IMG/VR virus record: IMGVR_UViG_2585427768_000010
Source of the DNA: a virus
Taxonomy: Duplodnaviria; Heunggongvirae; Uroviricota; Caudoviricetes
Direction: 5' to 3' (one strand)
DNA length: 37,430 nt
A model generated the notes under the pieces. It was not told the origin of the DNA. It searched no databases and saw nothing but the letters and a program-made list of their open reading frames with translations. The translations under genes and the position numbers were made by a program. How positions within the stretch are numbered: position 1 is the first letter of the stretch; each line of letters opens with the position of its first letter. Positions 16,711 through 26,288 of this stretch are shown piece by piece.

Positions 16711-17205
16711 ATGAGTATGGTTGCCAGAACTAACCCCGGCCCCGCAGAGGACGACATCACCGATACCGATGATGGCGACACTCGCATTTCAGCGGGTGCA
16801 TTCTGGCCGGATATTGTGCTGCGTGAGCTGCGTCTGGCGGTACGACTGCCGGGCCGCGTGACCACCTCCCGCCTGCTGCATACCGCCACCGGGGCCATAG
16901 CACACGTTACCCGCGAGCTGGAAGCATGGCAGCAGGAACAACAGGCGGCTGGCTATCAGACGCTGGCCGATGTTCCGGCCCCTGTAATTAACGGAGAAAG
17001 CGTCAATCTCTGGCACTGGCGCAATGCTGTTTATACCGCCACACGCGCCCTGATTCTGGAGCGTTACCGCGATGCGGACACAACGGACAAGGGCGACCGC
17101 CGGGCGGACGCACTGGATATACAGACATCGGATTTGTGGCGCGATGTGAGCTGGGCCATCTCTGACATTCTGGGACGACCGCGAATGTTTGCGGAGCTGT
17201 GCTGA
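16711..17205 (+). CDS. L: Head completion/stabilisation protein (P2 gpL-like)
   Basis: AGGAG Shine-Dalgarno before ATG 16711; position after M. Confidence 0.8.
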   Translation: MSMVARTNPGPAEDDITDTDDGDTRISAGAFWPDIVLRELRLAVRLPGRVTTSRLLHTATGAIAHVTRELEAWQQEQQAAGYQTLADVPAPVINGESVNLWHWRNAVYTATRALILERYRDADTTDKGDRRADALDIQTSDLWRDVSWAISDILGRPRMFAELC

Positions 17206-17405
17206 TGAAAGTGAAGGCACTGGAAGGCGACACCGTGGATTCGCTCTGTTTCCGGTACTACGGCACGACACAGGGCGTCACCGAAAAGGTGCTGGATGCC
17301 AACCCCGGACTCTGTCAGCAGGTATTTCTGGACGCCGGGCAGGAAGTGGAGATGCCGGAGCCGGAGAAGAAGAAACGAGAAATGATTCAGTTGTGGGGGG
17401 AGTAG
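17205..17405 (+). CDS. X: Tail protein X (LysM-like, 66 aa)
   Basis: Similar to P2 gpX pattern (L.GDT.D..C.RYYG.T.GV.E.VL.ANPGL); ATG overlaps L stop. Confidence 0.75.
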   Translation: MKVKALEGDTVDSLCFRYYGTTQGVTEKVLDANPGLCQQVFLDAGQEVEMPEPEKKKREMIQLWGE

Positions 17406-17407
17406 CA

Positions 17408-17731
17408 GTGAGCACCATTCAAACAGGGATCACAGAGCAGGTTATTGCGTGGCTCTTTGACCACCTGCCAACGGTGTATGCAGTAGGCGCGGCTGTCAGC
17501 ATTTCCGCGCTGATGAGTCTTTATGACGGACGAACACTGGTTCAGACCGTAACGGGATCGCTGGCGTGCGGCGTTCTTGCCATGGCCGTGGCCGGGTCGC
17601 TGCGCTTCTTCGGGATCCCTGAGGATGCAGTGACGTTTTTTGGTGCCTCAATCGGTTTTATGGGCGCAGAGAAAGCACGCGACAAGGTTATTGCAATATT
17701 TGATCGCAGGGTGAAGGAGAGGAACGAATGA
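17408..17731 (+). CDS. Putative holin (107 aa, GTG start)
   Basis: Three hydrophobic segments; immediately upstream of endolysin. Confidence 0.55.
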   Translation: MSTIQTGITEQVIAWLFDHLPTVYAVGAAVSISALMSLYDGRTLVQTVTGSLACGVLAMAVAGSLRFFGIPEDAVTFFGASIGFMGAEKARDKVIAIFDRRVKERNE

Positions 17732-18120
17732 GCAACACATTTAAATTCAGCAGCCGAAGCGAAAAGAATTTGCAGGGTGTAAATCCTGATCTGGTGAAAG
17801 TGACCCGACGGGCGCTGGAAATCTCGGAAGTGGATTTTGGTATCACCGAAGGATTGCGCAGTCGTTATCGTCAGAAGCAGCTCGTGACCACAGGCAAGAG
17901 CCAGACCATGAACAGTCGCCATCTCACAGGGCATGCCGTGGATGTTGTGGCTTATGTTGGCAGCCAGGTGTCATGGGAATGGCCGCTGTACGAAAAAATC
18001 GCAGCAGCATTCAGACAGGCCAGCCAGGAACTGAATATTCCGGTGGAATGGGGCGGCGACTGGAAGACCCTGAAAGACGGACCGCATTTTCAGTTACCAC
18101 ACGGAGCCTATCCGGCATGA
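17728..18120 (+). CDS. Endolysin, peptidase M15-type (L-alanyl-D-glutamate peptidase-like, 130 aa)
   Basis: Zinc-peptidase M15 pattern (SRHLTGHAVDV, WGGDW, GPHFQL); position between holin and spanins. Confidence 0.75.
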   Translation: MSNTFKFSSRSEKNLQGVNPDLVKVTRRALEISEVDFGITEGLRSRYRQKQLVTTGKSQTMNSRHLTGHAVDVVAYVGSQVSWEWPLYEKIAAAFRQASQELNIPVEWGGDWKTLKDGPHFQLPHGAYPA

Positions 18121-18512
18121 AGCTCTGGCCCACGCTTGGCGTCGCTTTCCTTCTGATTACATCCATGCGTCTGTCGTGGTCGCTGGGCCGGGAGAACGCC
18201 AGAAACGAAGCGCAGGCCAGCACCCTGAAAAGTACCGTCGACACACTGAATATCATCAGCGCCGGGGTACAGGATATGCAGCAGGTGCTGGCTCAGCTCC
18301 GCGCGGAAAATCAGCAACGCAATCAGGACGGAGAGGTAAGACGTGAACAGCTACGCAACGATATTGCAAAAGATGAATGCGCCCACGCTTTGCCTGACGC
18401 TCGTTTTACTGACAGGTTGCGCAGGCACGCAGAACGCGCCAGGGCCAGCGCCGTCAGTCCGGCTTATACCGCAGACGCTGACCATGCCGGTAACGCCTCC
18501 CCCCTTCCCTGA
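18117..18512 (+). CDS. lysB: i-spanin (LysB/Rz-like, 131 aa)
   Basis: N-terminal transmembrane segment MKLWPTLGVAFLLITSM then coiled-coil-like charged region; start overlaps endolysin stop. Confidence 0.6.
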   Translation: MKLWPTLGVAFLLITSMRLSWSLGRENARNEAQASTLKSTVDTLNIISAGVQDMQQVLAQLRAENQQRNQDGEVRREQLRNDIAKDECAHALPDARFTDRLRRHAERARASAVSPAYTADADHAGNASPLP

Positions 18513-18654
18513 CCCACCCACATGGGGAAACCTCGGAATATGGGGCGACCGCCTTCTGGATGCACTGGAAACCTGTAACGCGGATAAACGGGCCATTGCT
18601 GAACTGGATAAGAGAATAGCCGAACTGACACACCAGACGGGAGTAACACAATGA
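18343..18654 (+). CDS. lysC: o-spanin lipoprotein (LysC/Rz1-like, 103 aa, GTG start) overlapping lysB out of frame
   Basis: Lipobox LLTGC after signal sequence; proline-rich; starts inside lysB in a different frame and extends beyond it. Confidence 0.55.
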   Translation: MNSYATILQKMNAPTLCLTLVLLTGCAGTQNAPGPAPSVRLIPQTLTMPVTPPPFPDPPTWGNLGIWGDRLLDALETCNADKRAIAELDKRIAELTHQTGVTQ

Positions 18655-20531
18655 CCAGTAAGAACTTTGCACTGATTACAGCCATGACACAGGCTGAACT
18701 GACTCAAAAGGTGAATGAACATCTTGCGAAAGGGTGGCATCTTCAGGGGGAGACGCGGGTTGCCTACGAACCCGGCACCCCGTGGTATCTAATGCAGGCA
18801 ATGGTGGACGATGGCACTACAGACATCTCACCTGATTCCCCCCAGCACGGCAGCGTGCCGGAGTGGTATTACGTGGTGGTACTTGCTGGTCAATCCAATG
18901 CCATGTCATATGGTGATGGAATGCCGCTGCCGGATTCTTACGATGCGCCCCACCCACGCATTAAGCAACTGGCCCGTCGCAACACAGTGACTCCCGGTGG
19001 TAAAGCATGCGCATTTAACGACATCATTCCGGCAGACCACTGCCTGCATGATGTTCAGGATATGAGCGCACTGAATCATCCGAAGGCAGACCTGAGCAAA
19101 GGGCAGTACGGCTGTGTCGGCCAGGGCTTACATATTGCCAAAAAACTGCTCCCGTATATCCCGAATAACGCGGGGATCCTGCTGGTACCATGCTGTCGTG
19201 GTGGTTCGGCATTCACTCAGGGCGCGGAGGGAACATTCAGTACGACCACGGGGACCAGCCAGGATTCGGCGCGCTGGGGTGTGGGTAAACCGTTATATCA
19301 GGACCTGATTGCGCGCACTAAAGCTGCATTACAGAAGAACCCGAAAAATGTGTTGCTGGCGGTGTGCTGGATGCAGGGCGAATTTGACATGAGCGCTGCC
19401 ACCTACGCACAGCAACCGGACCTGTTCACGGCCATGCTGAAGCAGTTCCGTACTGACCTTTCCGGATTTAACGCGCAGTGCCATGGCGGCAGTGCTGCAG
19501 TTGTACCGTGGATTTGTGGCGACACGACGTATTACTGGAAAAACACATACGGCACACAGTATGACTCCGTCTACGGCGCGTACAAAAACAGGGAGAGCGA
19601 CAACGTTTTCTTTGTGCCGTTCATGACCGACGGTAACGGCAACAACACGCCCACCAACTTACCGGCAGAAGACCCGGATATTGCTGATGCAGGTTATTAC
19701 GGCGCGCAATCCCGTAGTAATGGTAATTGGGTATCGTCAAATCGTCCGACACATTTCAGTTCATGGGCGCGCAGGGGCATTATTTCGGATCGCCTGGCAA
19801 CCGCTATTCTGAACGCAGTTGGTCGAACCAGCGCCTTCATCAGCGGTACCGCACCGGAGATTAAACCCTCGCCCGGCGGCGACACTCCATCGGGGCCGTC
19901 TGATGGTGACACATCCGTTCGTACAGTCTCCCTGCTGCCGACAGCCGGAGAGGCTGCTGCGCAGGGCTGGACCATCACCGGCGGCAGTGTTGCGCTGGAA
20001 GATGGTGTGTTTAAGGTTACCAAGCAGAGCAATAAAACCTGGTCCCTGATGCATCCGGTGGATGACGCAGTCTCCCTGCTGACACGGGGTGGCAGACTGA
20101 GCTGTAAGTTTCGACTGTCAGGCGCACTGACCAACAACCAGTTCGGTCTGGGAATTTATCTGTATACCGATGTAGCGTTACCTGACGTCGTGGCGATGAC
20201 CGGGACTGGTAACCCGTTCCTGATGTCGTTCTTCACCCAGACCACAGACGGCAAACTGAATCTGATGCATCACAAGAAAGCCGGAAACACAAAGTTGGGC
20301 GAGTTCGGGAATTACAGTAACGACTGGCAGACGCTGGAGCTGGTGTTCACCGCCGGCAGTGCCACGGTTACTCCGAAACTGAATGGAGTGGCTGGCCCGG
20401 CATTCCAGGTCATAAAAGACAGTCTGACACTGGGGCTGAATGCGCTGACGTTAACTGATATCACTAAAAATGCCGCGTACGGCGTCGATATCGGCAGCCT
20501 GGTGCTGGAAATCAATAATCCCGCAGCATAA
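18651..20531 (+). CDS. NanS-p-like SGNH esterase (putative sialate O-acetylesterase; DUF1737 N-domain plus esterase plus C-terminal domain, 626 aa)
   Basis: N-terminal DUF1737-like segment (AMTQAELTQKVNEHLAKGWHLQGE); SGNH block I VVLAGQSNAMSYG; ATGA overlap with lysC stop; no counterpart at this position in P2. Confidence 0.65.
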   Translation: MTSKNFALITAMTQAELTQKVNEHLAKGWHLQGETRVAYEPGTPWYLMQAMVDDGTTDISPDSPQHGSVPEWYYVVVLAGQSNAMSYGDGMPLPDSYDAPHPRIKQLARRNTVTPGGKACAFNDIIPADHCLHDVQDMSALNHPKADLSKGQYGCVGQGLHIAKKLLPYIPNNAGILLVPCCRGGSAFTQGAEGTFSTTTGTSQDSARWGVGKPLYQDLIARTKAALQKNPKNVLLAVCWMQGEFDMSAATYAQQPDLFTAMLKQFRTDLSGFNAQCHGGSAAVVPWICGDTTYYWKNTYGTQYDSVYGAYKNRESDNVFFVPFMTDGNGNNTPTNLPAEDPDIADAGYYGAQSRSNGNWVSSNRPTHFSSWARRGIISDRLATAILNAVGRTSAFISGTAPEIKPSPGGDTPSGPSDGDTSVRTVSLLPTAGEAAAQGWTITGGSVALEDGVFKVTKQSNKTWSLMHPVDDAVSLLTRGGRLSCKFRLSGALTNNQFGLGIYLYTDVALPDVVAMTGTGNPFLMSFFTQTTDGKLNLMHHKKAGNTKLGEFGNYSNDWQTLELVFTAGSATVTPKLNGVAGPAFQVIKDSLTLGLNALTLTDITKNAAYGVDIGSLVLEINNPAA

Positions 20532-20554
20532 GGAAGAGCAGGAGAGCAAAACAG

Positions 20555-21022
20555 ATGCTTAAGACAAACAGTCTGCGAGAGTCCATGCTTCATGGGTGTC
20601 GGTGGTGCCAGGCTAATCCCGAGAAATTCACCATTTTCGTGGAGAGCGGCAACATTGAAACGACCGGAGAAGCGCCCTCGTTTGTTTACCGCTATCAGAT
20701 GGTGATGTTTGTCATGGATTACGCCGGAGAGCTGGACGACCTCACGCTGCCGCTGCTGGCGTGGTTATCCGAAAATCAGCCACAGTTGTTGCTCAATCCG
20801 GAGCGTAATCAGGACATCAAATTTTCTGCCGTTATCAATGACGATGACAGCGCCGATCTCCTGTTTACGCTCCCCCTGCGGGAACGCGTTCGCATCACGC
20901 GCAACAGTCAGGGCACACCGCAGGCAGAACACCTGCCGGAGCCAAAACCCCGTCTGCCCTCTTCCGAAGGCGACTGGTCGCATGTATTCCAGGATGTGAC
21001 GTGGGGTGAAAGCGATGGATAA
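20555..21022 (+). CDS. R: Tail completion protein R (155 aa)
   Basis: Size identical to P2 gpR and position before S. Confidence 0.8.
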   Translation: MLKTNSLRESMLHGCRWCQANPEKFTIFVESGNIETTGEAPSFVYRYQMVMFVMDYAGELDDLTLPLLAWLSENQPQLLLNPERNQDIKFSAVINDDDSADLLFTLPLRERVRITRNSQGTPQAEHLPEPKPRLPSSEGDWSHVFQDVTWGESDG

Positions 21023-21650
21023 GGCATTCACCAGCGTGGATGAAACCTTTGAGGCTATCCGCGACAGCCTGAATCAGCAGGCCATCAATAACATCGCCAG
21101 AAAGCTGGCACAGGATTTACGTCGCGCCCAGCAGGCACGTATCCGATCACAAAAAGCGCCGGACGGGACCGAATGGACACCACGCAGACGCCGCGTAACC
21201 CGGATACAGGAGCGCATTCGCTTTATCTGGAATAACGAAGCACGCACGCTGAAAAACTGGCATCACGACACGGGGAAATACGGGCGAACCATTACCGGGT
21301 GGGATGAGGATAAAAACAATATCCGCACGTTTTACCGGGATGACATCGACCGTTTTCTGGAAATACGCACCCGGCGCATCAACCAGGACAGCACAAAGCG
21401 CGTCCCCATGTTCGTAAAACTGCGCACCGCCCGCTACCTGAAAGCCCGTGCAGATGCCTCCGGTGTGACGGTGGGTTACAGCGGCGTGGCCGCACGTATT
21501 GCACGCGTTCATCAGTTCGGTGAGCGCGATCAGGTTGCGCCGGGCATTTTCACCGATTACCCGGTACGTGAGCTGTTGGGTATCAGCCAGGCAGATGAGC
21601 GCCTGATTTATAACACGGTGCTGGGCCGGATTGCGGAGGCTGTACGGTGA
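21015..21650 (+). CDS. S: Tail completion protein S
   Basis: Position; start uncertain (GTG 21006 or ATG 21015). Confidence 0.75.
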   Translation: MDKAFTSVDETFEAIRDSLNQQAINNIARKLAQDLRRAQQARIRSQKAPDGTEWTPRRRRVTRIQERIRFIWNNEARTLKNWHHDTGKYGRTITGWDEDKNNIRTFYRDDIDRFLEIRTRRINQDSTKRVPMFVKLRTARYLKARADASGVTVGYSGVAARIARVHQFGERDQVAPGIFTDYPVRELLGISQADERLIYNTVLGRIAEAVR

Positions 21651-22228
21651 GCGCAGAACTCATGCGACTGCTGAGCAACATCATCCGCACCGGGATCATC
21701 TCTGAAGTTGATGAGAAGTCCTGGCGCGTGCGCGTTCGCAGCGGCGAACTGGAAACAGGCTGGTTGCGCTGGAACACCACGCGCGCGGGAGCCTTCAATG
21801 TGTGGCTGCCGCCATCACCAGGCGAACAGGTGGTAATTGCCTGCATTGGCGGCAACCCGGAAACCGCCATGATAATTGGCAGCCTGTGGAGTGATGCCAG
21901 TCCGGCCCCCGGCAAAAGCCTGAAAGAAATCGTGGTCAGCGCGCCGGATGGCGCGGTGTTCCGCTACGACGCAGACGCTGGCGCACTGAGCGCCAGCGGC
22001 ATGAAAACAGCCACCCTGCAGGCATCCGTCAGCGTGACACTGGATACGCCCGTCGTGGAATGCACAAACCTTCTGAGAACAGCGACGCTTGACGTCACAA
22101 AAGGGGGAAAGATGTGCGGCAATATCACGCACAGCGGCGGCAACTTCACCTCAAACGGCATCACAGTGCATACGCATAAACACGGTGGTGTGAAAGGCGG
22201 CAGCGATTCGACAGGAGGCCCGCAGTGA
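21647..22228 (+). CDS. V: Baseplate spike protein V (193 aa)
   Basis: Position; C-terminal HTHKHGG apex motif typical of gpV spikes; start GTG 21647 or ATG 21662. Confidence 0.8.
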   Translation: MSAELMRLLSNIIRTGIISEVDEKSWRVRVRSGELETGWLRWNTTRAGAFNVWLPPSPGEQVVIACIGGNPETAMIIGSLWSDASPAPGKSLKEIVVSAPDGAVFRYDADAGALSASGMKTATLQASVSVTLDTPVVECTNLLRTATLDVTKGGKMCGNITHSGGNFTSNGITVHTHKHGGVKGGSDSTGGPQ

Positions 22229-22575
22229 CAACCCGCTACACAGGAATGAATCCGGACGGGACGGGAAACCTGAATGATATGGAGCACCTGAAACAGTCAG
22301 CCAGGGACATCCTGACCACCCCGCTGGCCAGCCGGGTTATGCGACGGGAATATGGCAGCCTTGTACCTGATTTGATTGACGAACCCATGAATAACACCAC
22401 GCGTCTGCAATGCATGAGTGCTGCCGTGATTGCGCTGACACGATGGGAACCCCGCATTGCCCTGGACGCCATCGACGTTGTCTGGAAAGCGGGAGGCCGC
22501 GCCGGGGTGACGCTGTCGGGCACTGTCATGCAGACCATGCAGAATGTTGAGTTAACCATCACGCTGAGGGAGTAA
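22225..22575 (+). CDS. W: Baseplate protein W (116 aa)
   Basis: Size and position. Confidence 0.8.
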   Translation: MTTRYTGMNPDGTGNLNDMEHLKQSARDILTTPLASRVMRREYGSLVPDLIDEPMNNTTRLQCMSAAVIALTRWEPRIALDAIDVVWKAGGRAGVTLSGTVMQTMQNVELTITLRE

Positions 22576-22578
22576 ATC

Positions 22579-23475
22579 ATGCCTGCTGTTGACCTTTCCC
22601 AGTTACCGGAACCCGCCATCATCGCGAAGCCTGATTTTGAGGCAATTCTGGCTGACACAAAGGCCATGATGATTGCGTCCTATCCTGCCGAACAGCGTGA
22701 AGCCGTCTCCGCCGCGCTGGAGCTGGAATCGGAACCCCTGAACGTTATCGCCCAGACAACAGCGTTTCGTGAAATGCTGTTACGCCAGCGGGTCAATGAG
22801 GGTGCACGCGCCTGCATGTTAAGCCACAGCGCCGGGACAGACCTGGACAACCTCGCGGGCAATATGAACACAAAGCGCCTGGTTATCACTCCGGCAACGG
22901 ATACCACCGACGCGGTGATGGAAAGCGACACATCGCTGAGACTGCGGGCGCAACGGGCGTATGACGGTCTGAGTGTTGCTGGCCCGTCAGGCGCATACGA
23001 GTATTTTGCACGCAGCGCCAGCGGTCTGGTACGCGACGCGCGAGCCATCAGCCCGTCTCCGGCCAACGTGACGGTTTCCATCCTGTCCACTGAAGGCGAC
23101 GGCACAGCAACGGAGGCGTTGCTTAATACCGTTCGCGCCGTTCTGAATGCAGAGGATACCCGCCCGGTGGCCGACCGCCTGACCGTACAGAGCGCCAGAA
23201 TCGTGACATGGCGGCTGAATGCAAAACTGTACTTTTACCCCGGCCCGGAATCCGAACCTATTCTGGCCGCGGCTGAATCGTCGTTCAGGAAGTGGCTGGC
23301 TGAGCAGGGGCTTATCGGTCAGGACGTGGCGTTGTCCGCCATTGCTGCCGCACTGCATGTGCACGGTGTGCAACGCGTGGAGATAATCGAACCCACACAG
23401 AATATGGCCATCAGCGACATACAGGCGGCGCGCTGTGAGTCATTCACCATCAGCGAAGGTGGACGCAATGAGTAA
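22579..23475 (+). CDS. J: Baseplate protein J (298 aa)
   Basis: Size and position. Confidence 0.8.
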   Translation: MPAVDLSQLPEPAIIAKPDFEAILADTKAMMIASYPAEQREAVSAALELESEPLNVIAQTTAFREMLLRQRVNEGARACMLSHSAGTDLDNLAGNMNTKRLVITPATDTTDAVMESDTSLRLRAQRAYDGLSVAGPSGAYEYFARSASGLVRDARAISPSPANVTVSILSTEGDGTATEALLNTVRAVLNAEDTRPVADRLTVQSARIVTWRLNAKLYFYPGPESEPILAAAESSFRKWLAEQGLIGQDVALSAIAAALHVHGVQRVEIIEPTQNMAISDIQAARCESFTISEGGRNE

Positions 23476-24076
23476 TTCGTTGTTACCACCATCAGCCAGC
23501 AATTTCATGCGTTGTGCCGAAGCCGTCGGAACACGCATTACAGACATTCCGGTAGACCTCAACACGCTGTGGTCGCCGGACACCTGCCCGGTGCATCTGC
23601 TGCCTTATCTCGCCTGGGCGTTTTCCGTTGACCGCTGGGATCGCAACTGGCCGGAAGAGACAAAGCGACAGGTGATTCGTGATGCATGGCTGATACACCG
23701 ACACAAAGGGACCATCAGCGCACTGCGAAGAGCCGTGGAGCCTCTCGGCTACCTGATTGAAGTAAAGGAGTGGTGGCAACTCAACGAGGAGCCGGGAACA
23801 TTTCGCATTGTTGTCGGAGTACTTGATCAGGGCATCACCGATGAAATGTATCAGGAACTTGAGCGCCTTATTGCGGATGCAAAACCAGTAAGTCGCCATC
23901 TGACGGGGCTGGCGATCAGCCTGAGTGTGAACGGAAAGATTTTCGTTGGTACGGGATGCTATCACGGCGATGCCCTGACGGTTTATCCCTACACCCCGGA
24001 GTCCATTATTGTCGAAGGGGATTATTTCCCTGCCCCGGCCATTCATTTAATTGATAATCTGAGAGTAAACGCATGA
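23468..24076 (+). CDS. I: Baseplate/tail protein I (202 aa from ATG 23468)
   Basis: Position; ATG overlaps J stop. Confidence 0.8.
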   Translation: MSNSLLPPSASNFMRCAEAVGTRITDIPVDLNTLWSPDTCPVHLLPYLAWAFSVDRWDRNWPEETKRQVIRDAWLIHRHKGTISALRRAVEPLGYLIEVKEWWQLNEEPGTFRIVVGVLDQGITDEMYQELERLIADAKPVSRHLTGLAISLSVNGKIFVGTGCYHGDALTVYPYTPESIIVEGDYFPAPAIHLIDNLRVNA

Positions 24077-25668
24077 CAGTGAAATACTACGCCATTCTGA
24101 CTAATCAGGGCGCGGCACGACTGGCTAACGCGACGATGCTCGGCAGTAAGCTGAATCTGACGCGAATGGCCGTTGGTGATGCAAATGGTGTGTTACCAAC
24201 ACCAGACCCTGCACAAACAAAACTGATTAACCAGAAACGCATTGCACCGCTGAATCTTCTGAGTGTTGACCCTAACAATCAGAGCCAGATTATTGCGGAG
24301 CAAATCATCCCTGAAAGCGAGGGTGGATTCTGGATCCGTGAGATTGGTCTTTATGATGATAAAGGTGTACTCATTGCGGTGGCAAACTGCCCGGAAACGT
24401 ACAAACCGCAGTTGCAGGAAGGCAGTGGACGCACCCAGACTATCCGCATGATTCTGGTTGTCACGAACACCGAAGCCATCACGCTGAAAATCGACCCGTC
24501 TGTGGTTCTGGCAACCCGCAAATATGTGGATGATAAAATCTCAAAGCACGAGCAGTCACGACGTCACCCGGACGCCTCGCTGACCGCAAAAGGCTTTGTT
24601 CAACTTAGCAGTGCCACGGACAGTCAATCAGAAACTGAGGCTGCCACGCCGAAGGCTGTGAAAATCGCGTATGATCTGGCCTGGGGAAAATACACAGCCC
24701 AGGATGCAACAACGACCCGTAAAGGGATCGTACAACTGAGCAGTGCCACCAACAGCACCTCTGAAACGCTGGCCGCCACACCAAAAGCCGTCAAGGCGGC
24801 ATACGACCTTGCAGCCGGCAAGGCCCCCGTCAGCCACACTCACCCATGGAGTCAGATAACGGGAGTGCCTGCTGCCTCGCTGACGGCAAAAGGCACCGTA
24901 CAACTGAGCAGTGCCATCAACAGCACGTCTGAAATACTGGCCGCCACACCGAAAGCGGTCAAGGATGCATACGATCTGGCAAACGGAAAACAACCGGCAG
25001 ATGCCACGCTCACTGCTCTGGCAGGACTTGCCACTGCAGCAGATCGGTTGCCTTATTTTACCGGAGCAGACCGCGCAGCGCTGGCAACCCTTACAGCTAT
25101 TGGTCGCGCTATTATCGCTAAGGGCAGTATAAAAGATGTCCTCAATTACCTTGGTTTGGGGGAAGGCTCTGCATTGCCTGTTGGTGTACCGGTTCCGTGG
25201 CCCACCGCCACACCGCCAGAAGGCTGGTTAAAGTGCGACGGGCGCGCCTTTACAAAAGAACAATATCCTGTTCTGGCCAGAGCCTACCCGACCCTCCGTC
25301 TTCCCGATTTACGCGGTGAGTTTATCCGTGGATGGGACGACGGGCGCAAAGTTGATACAGGACGTAAGTTGCTGTCCGCACAAGGGGCAACGCTGTTAAG
25401 AACAGCAATGCTGGATTATTATAACCAGGACACTACGGGAACCTCGGGGATAGTCGGCATGGGATTCAACAATGAAGATTCCATTACAGACCTTCGTGAG
25501 GGCAGCTTTAAAATGCCGGACGGGACAACATTCAGCGATCCTGTCGTGGCAATGTCAGACAATGGTATGCAGGCTACTATTCTGACCTCTATCAGAAGCG
25601 GGTATGCGAAGGGTATCACTGTCAGACCCCGTAGCATTGCACTTAATTACATTGTGAGGGCAGTTTAA
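24073..25668 (+). CDS. H: Tail fibre protein H (531 aa) with constant N-terminal 360 aa and variable C-terminal receptor-binding region
   Basis: Strong match to P2 gpH (AVGD, GGFW.RE.GLYDD.G.LIAVAN, SKHEQSRRHPDASLTAKGFVQLSSAT, DATLTALAGLATAADR, PYFTG); three internal LTAKG..QLSSA repeats. Confidence 0.9.
   Translation: MTVKYYAILTNQGAARLANATMLGSKLNLTRMAVGDANGVLPTPDPAQTKLINQKRIAPLNLLSVDPNNQSQIIAEQIIPESEGGFWIREIGLYDDKGVLIAVANCPETYKPQLQEGSGRTQTIRMILVVTNTEAITLKIDPSVVLATRKYVDDKISKHEQSRRHPDASLTAKGFVQLSSATDSQSETEAATPKAVKIAYDLAWGKYTAQDATTTRKGIVQLSSATNSTSETLAATPKAVKAAYDLAAGKAPVSHTHPWSQITGVPAASLTAKGTVQLSSAINSTSEILAATPKAVKDAYDLANGKQPADATLTALAGLATAADRLPYFTGADRAALATLTAIGRAIIAKGSIKDVLNYLGLGEGSALPVGVPVPWPTATPPEGWLKCDGRAFTKEQYPVLARAYPTLRLPDLRGEFIRGWDDGRKVDTGRKLLSAQGATLLRTAMLDYYNQDTTGTSGIVGMGFNNEDSITDLREGSFKMPDGTTFSDPVVAMSDNGMQATILTSIRSGYAKGITVRPRSIALNYIVRAV
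25139..25164. other. Invertase crossover site A (hix/gix-like, 26 bp), inside H
   Basis: Reverse complement reads TTCCCCCAAACC-AA-GGTAATTGAGGA; compare hixL TTCTTGAAAACC-AA-GGTTTTTGATAA. Confidence 0.5.
25151..25330 (+). repeat. Tail-fibre recombination repeat, copy A (direct orientation)
   Basis: About 170 bp nearly identical to inverted copies ending at 26767 and 27239. Confidence 0.8.
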
Positions 25669-26282
25669 TGAGTAACACTGCAGTTCTGGATGAAAACGGT
25701 ATCGCCACTGTAGCGGGCGATATCACTGTATATCACTATGACGAGGAAACCCGGGAATACACCTCATCCTCTGTGGAGTATCTCGCCCTTGGGGTGGGTA
25801 CTCCGGCACATTCGTGCGCCGATGCACCGCCGGAGGCAATTTCGGGTTACGTGGTTTGCCGGACTGCCACGCTGAACGGGTGGGAGCATGTGCCTGATCA
25901 CCGCGGCGAGACGGTATACAGCACGGAGAACGGTAACCCTGTTCTGATTACCCAACCGGGTGATTACCCGGCGGACACCACCACAAAACAGCCAGCCACG
26001 CCATGGGATACCTGGAACGGTGAGGCGTGGGTAACCGATACTGAACGGCAGCGAGCCGCAGAACTGGAGGTTGCCAGACAGCAACGCCAGCAACGGGTGA
26101 AACAGGCGATGGCGTCCGTCGATCTTATCAACCTCAAACTGCGTGCTGGTCGCAGTCTGACACCAGAAGAAACGGCAAAACTGAACGCCGTGCTGGATTA
26201 TATCGACGAGCTGAACGCACTGGATATCAGCACGGCACCTGAAATCAGCTGGCCGGAAGCGCCACTGGCACTTGCCAGTTGA
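25668..26282 (+). CDS. G: Tail fibre assembly chaperone G (204 aa)
   Basis: Position after H with 1-nt overlap; typical tail-fibre-assembly C-terminus. Confidence 0.8.
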   Translation: MSNTAVLDENGIATVAGDITVYHYDEETREYTSSSVEYLALGVGTPAHSCADAPPEAISGYVVCRTATLNGWEHVPDHRGETVYSTENGNPVLITQPGDYPADTTTKQPATPWDTWNGEAWVTDTERQRAAELEVARQQRQQRVKQAMASVDLINLKLRAGRSLTPEETAKLNAVLDYIDELNALDISTAPEISWPEAPLALAS

Positions 26283-26288
26283 ACGGTA

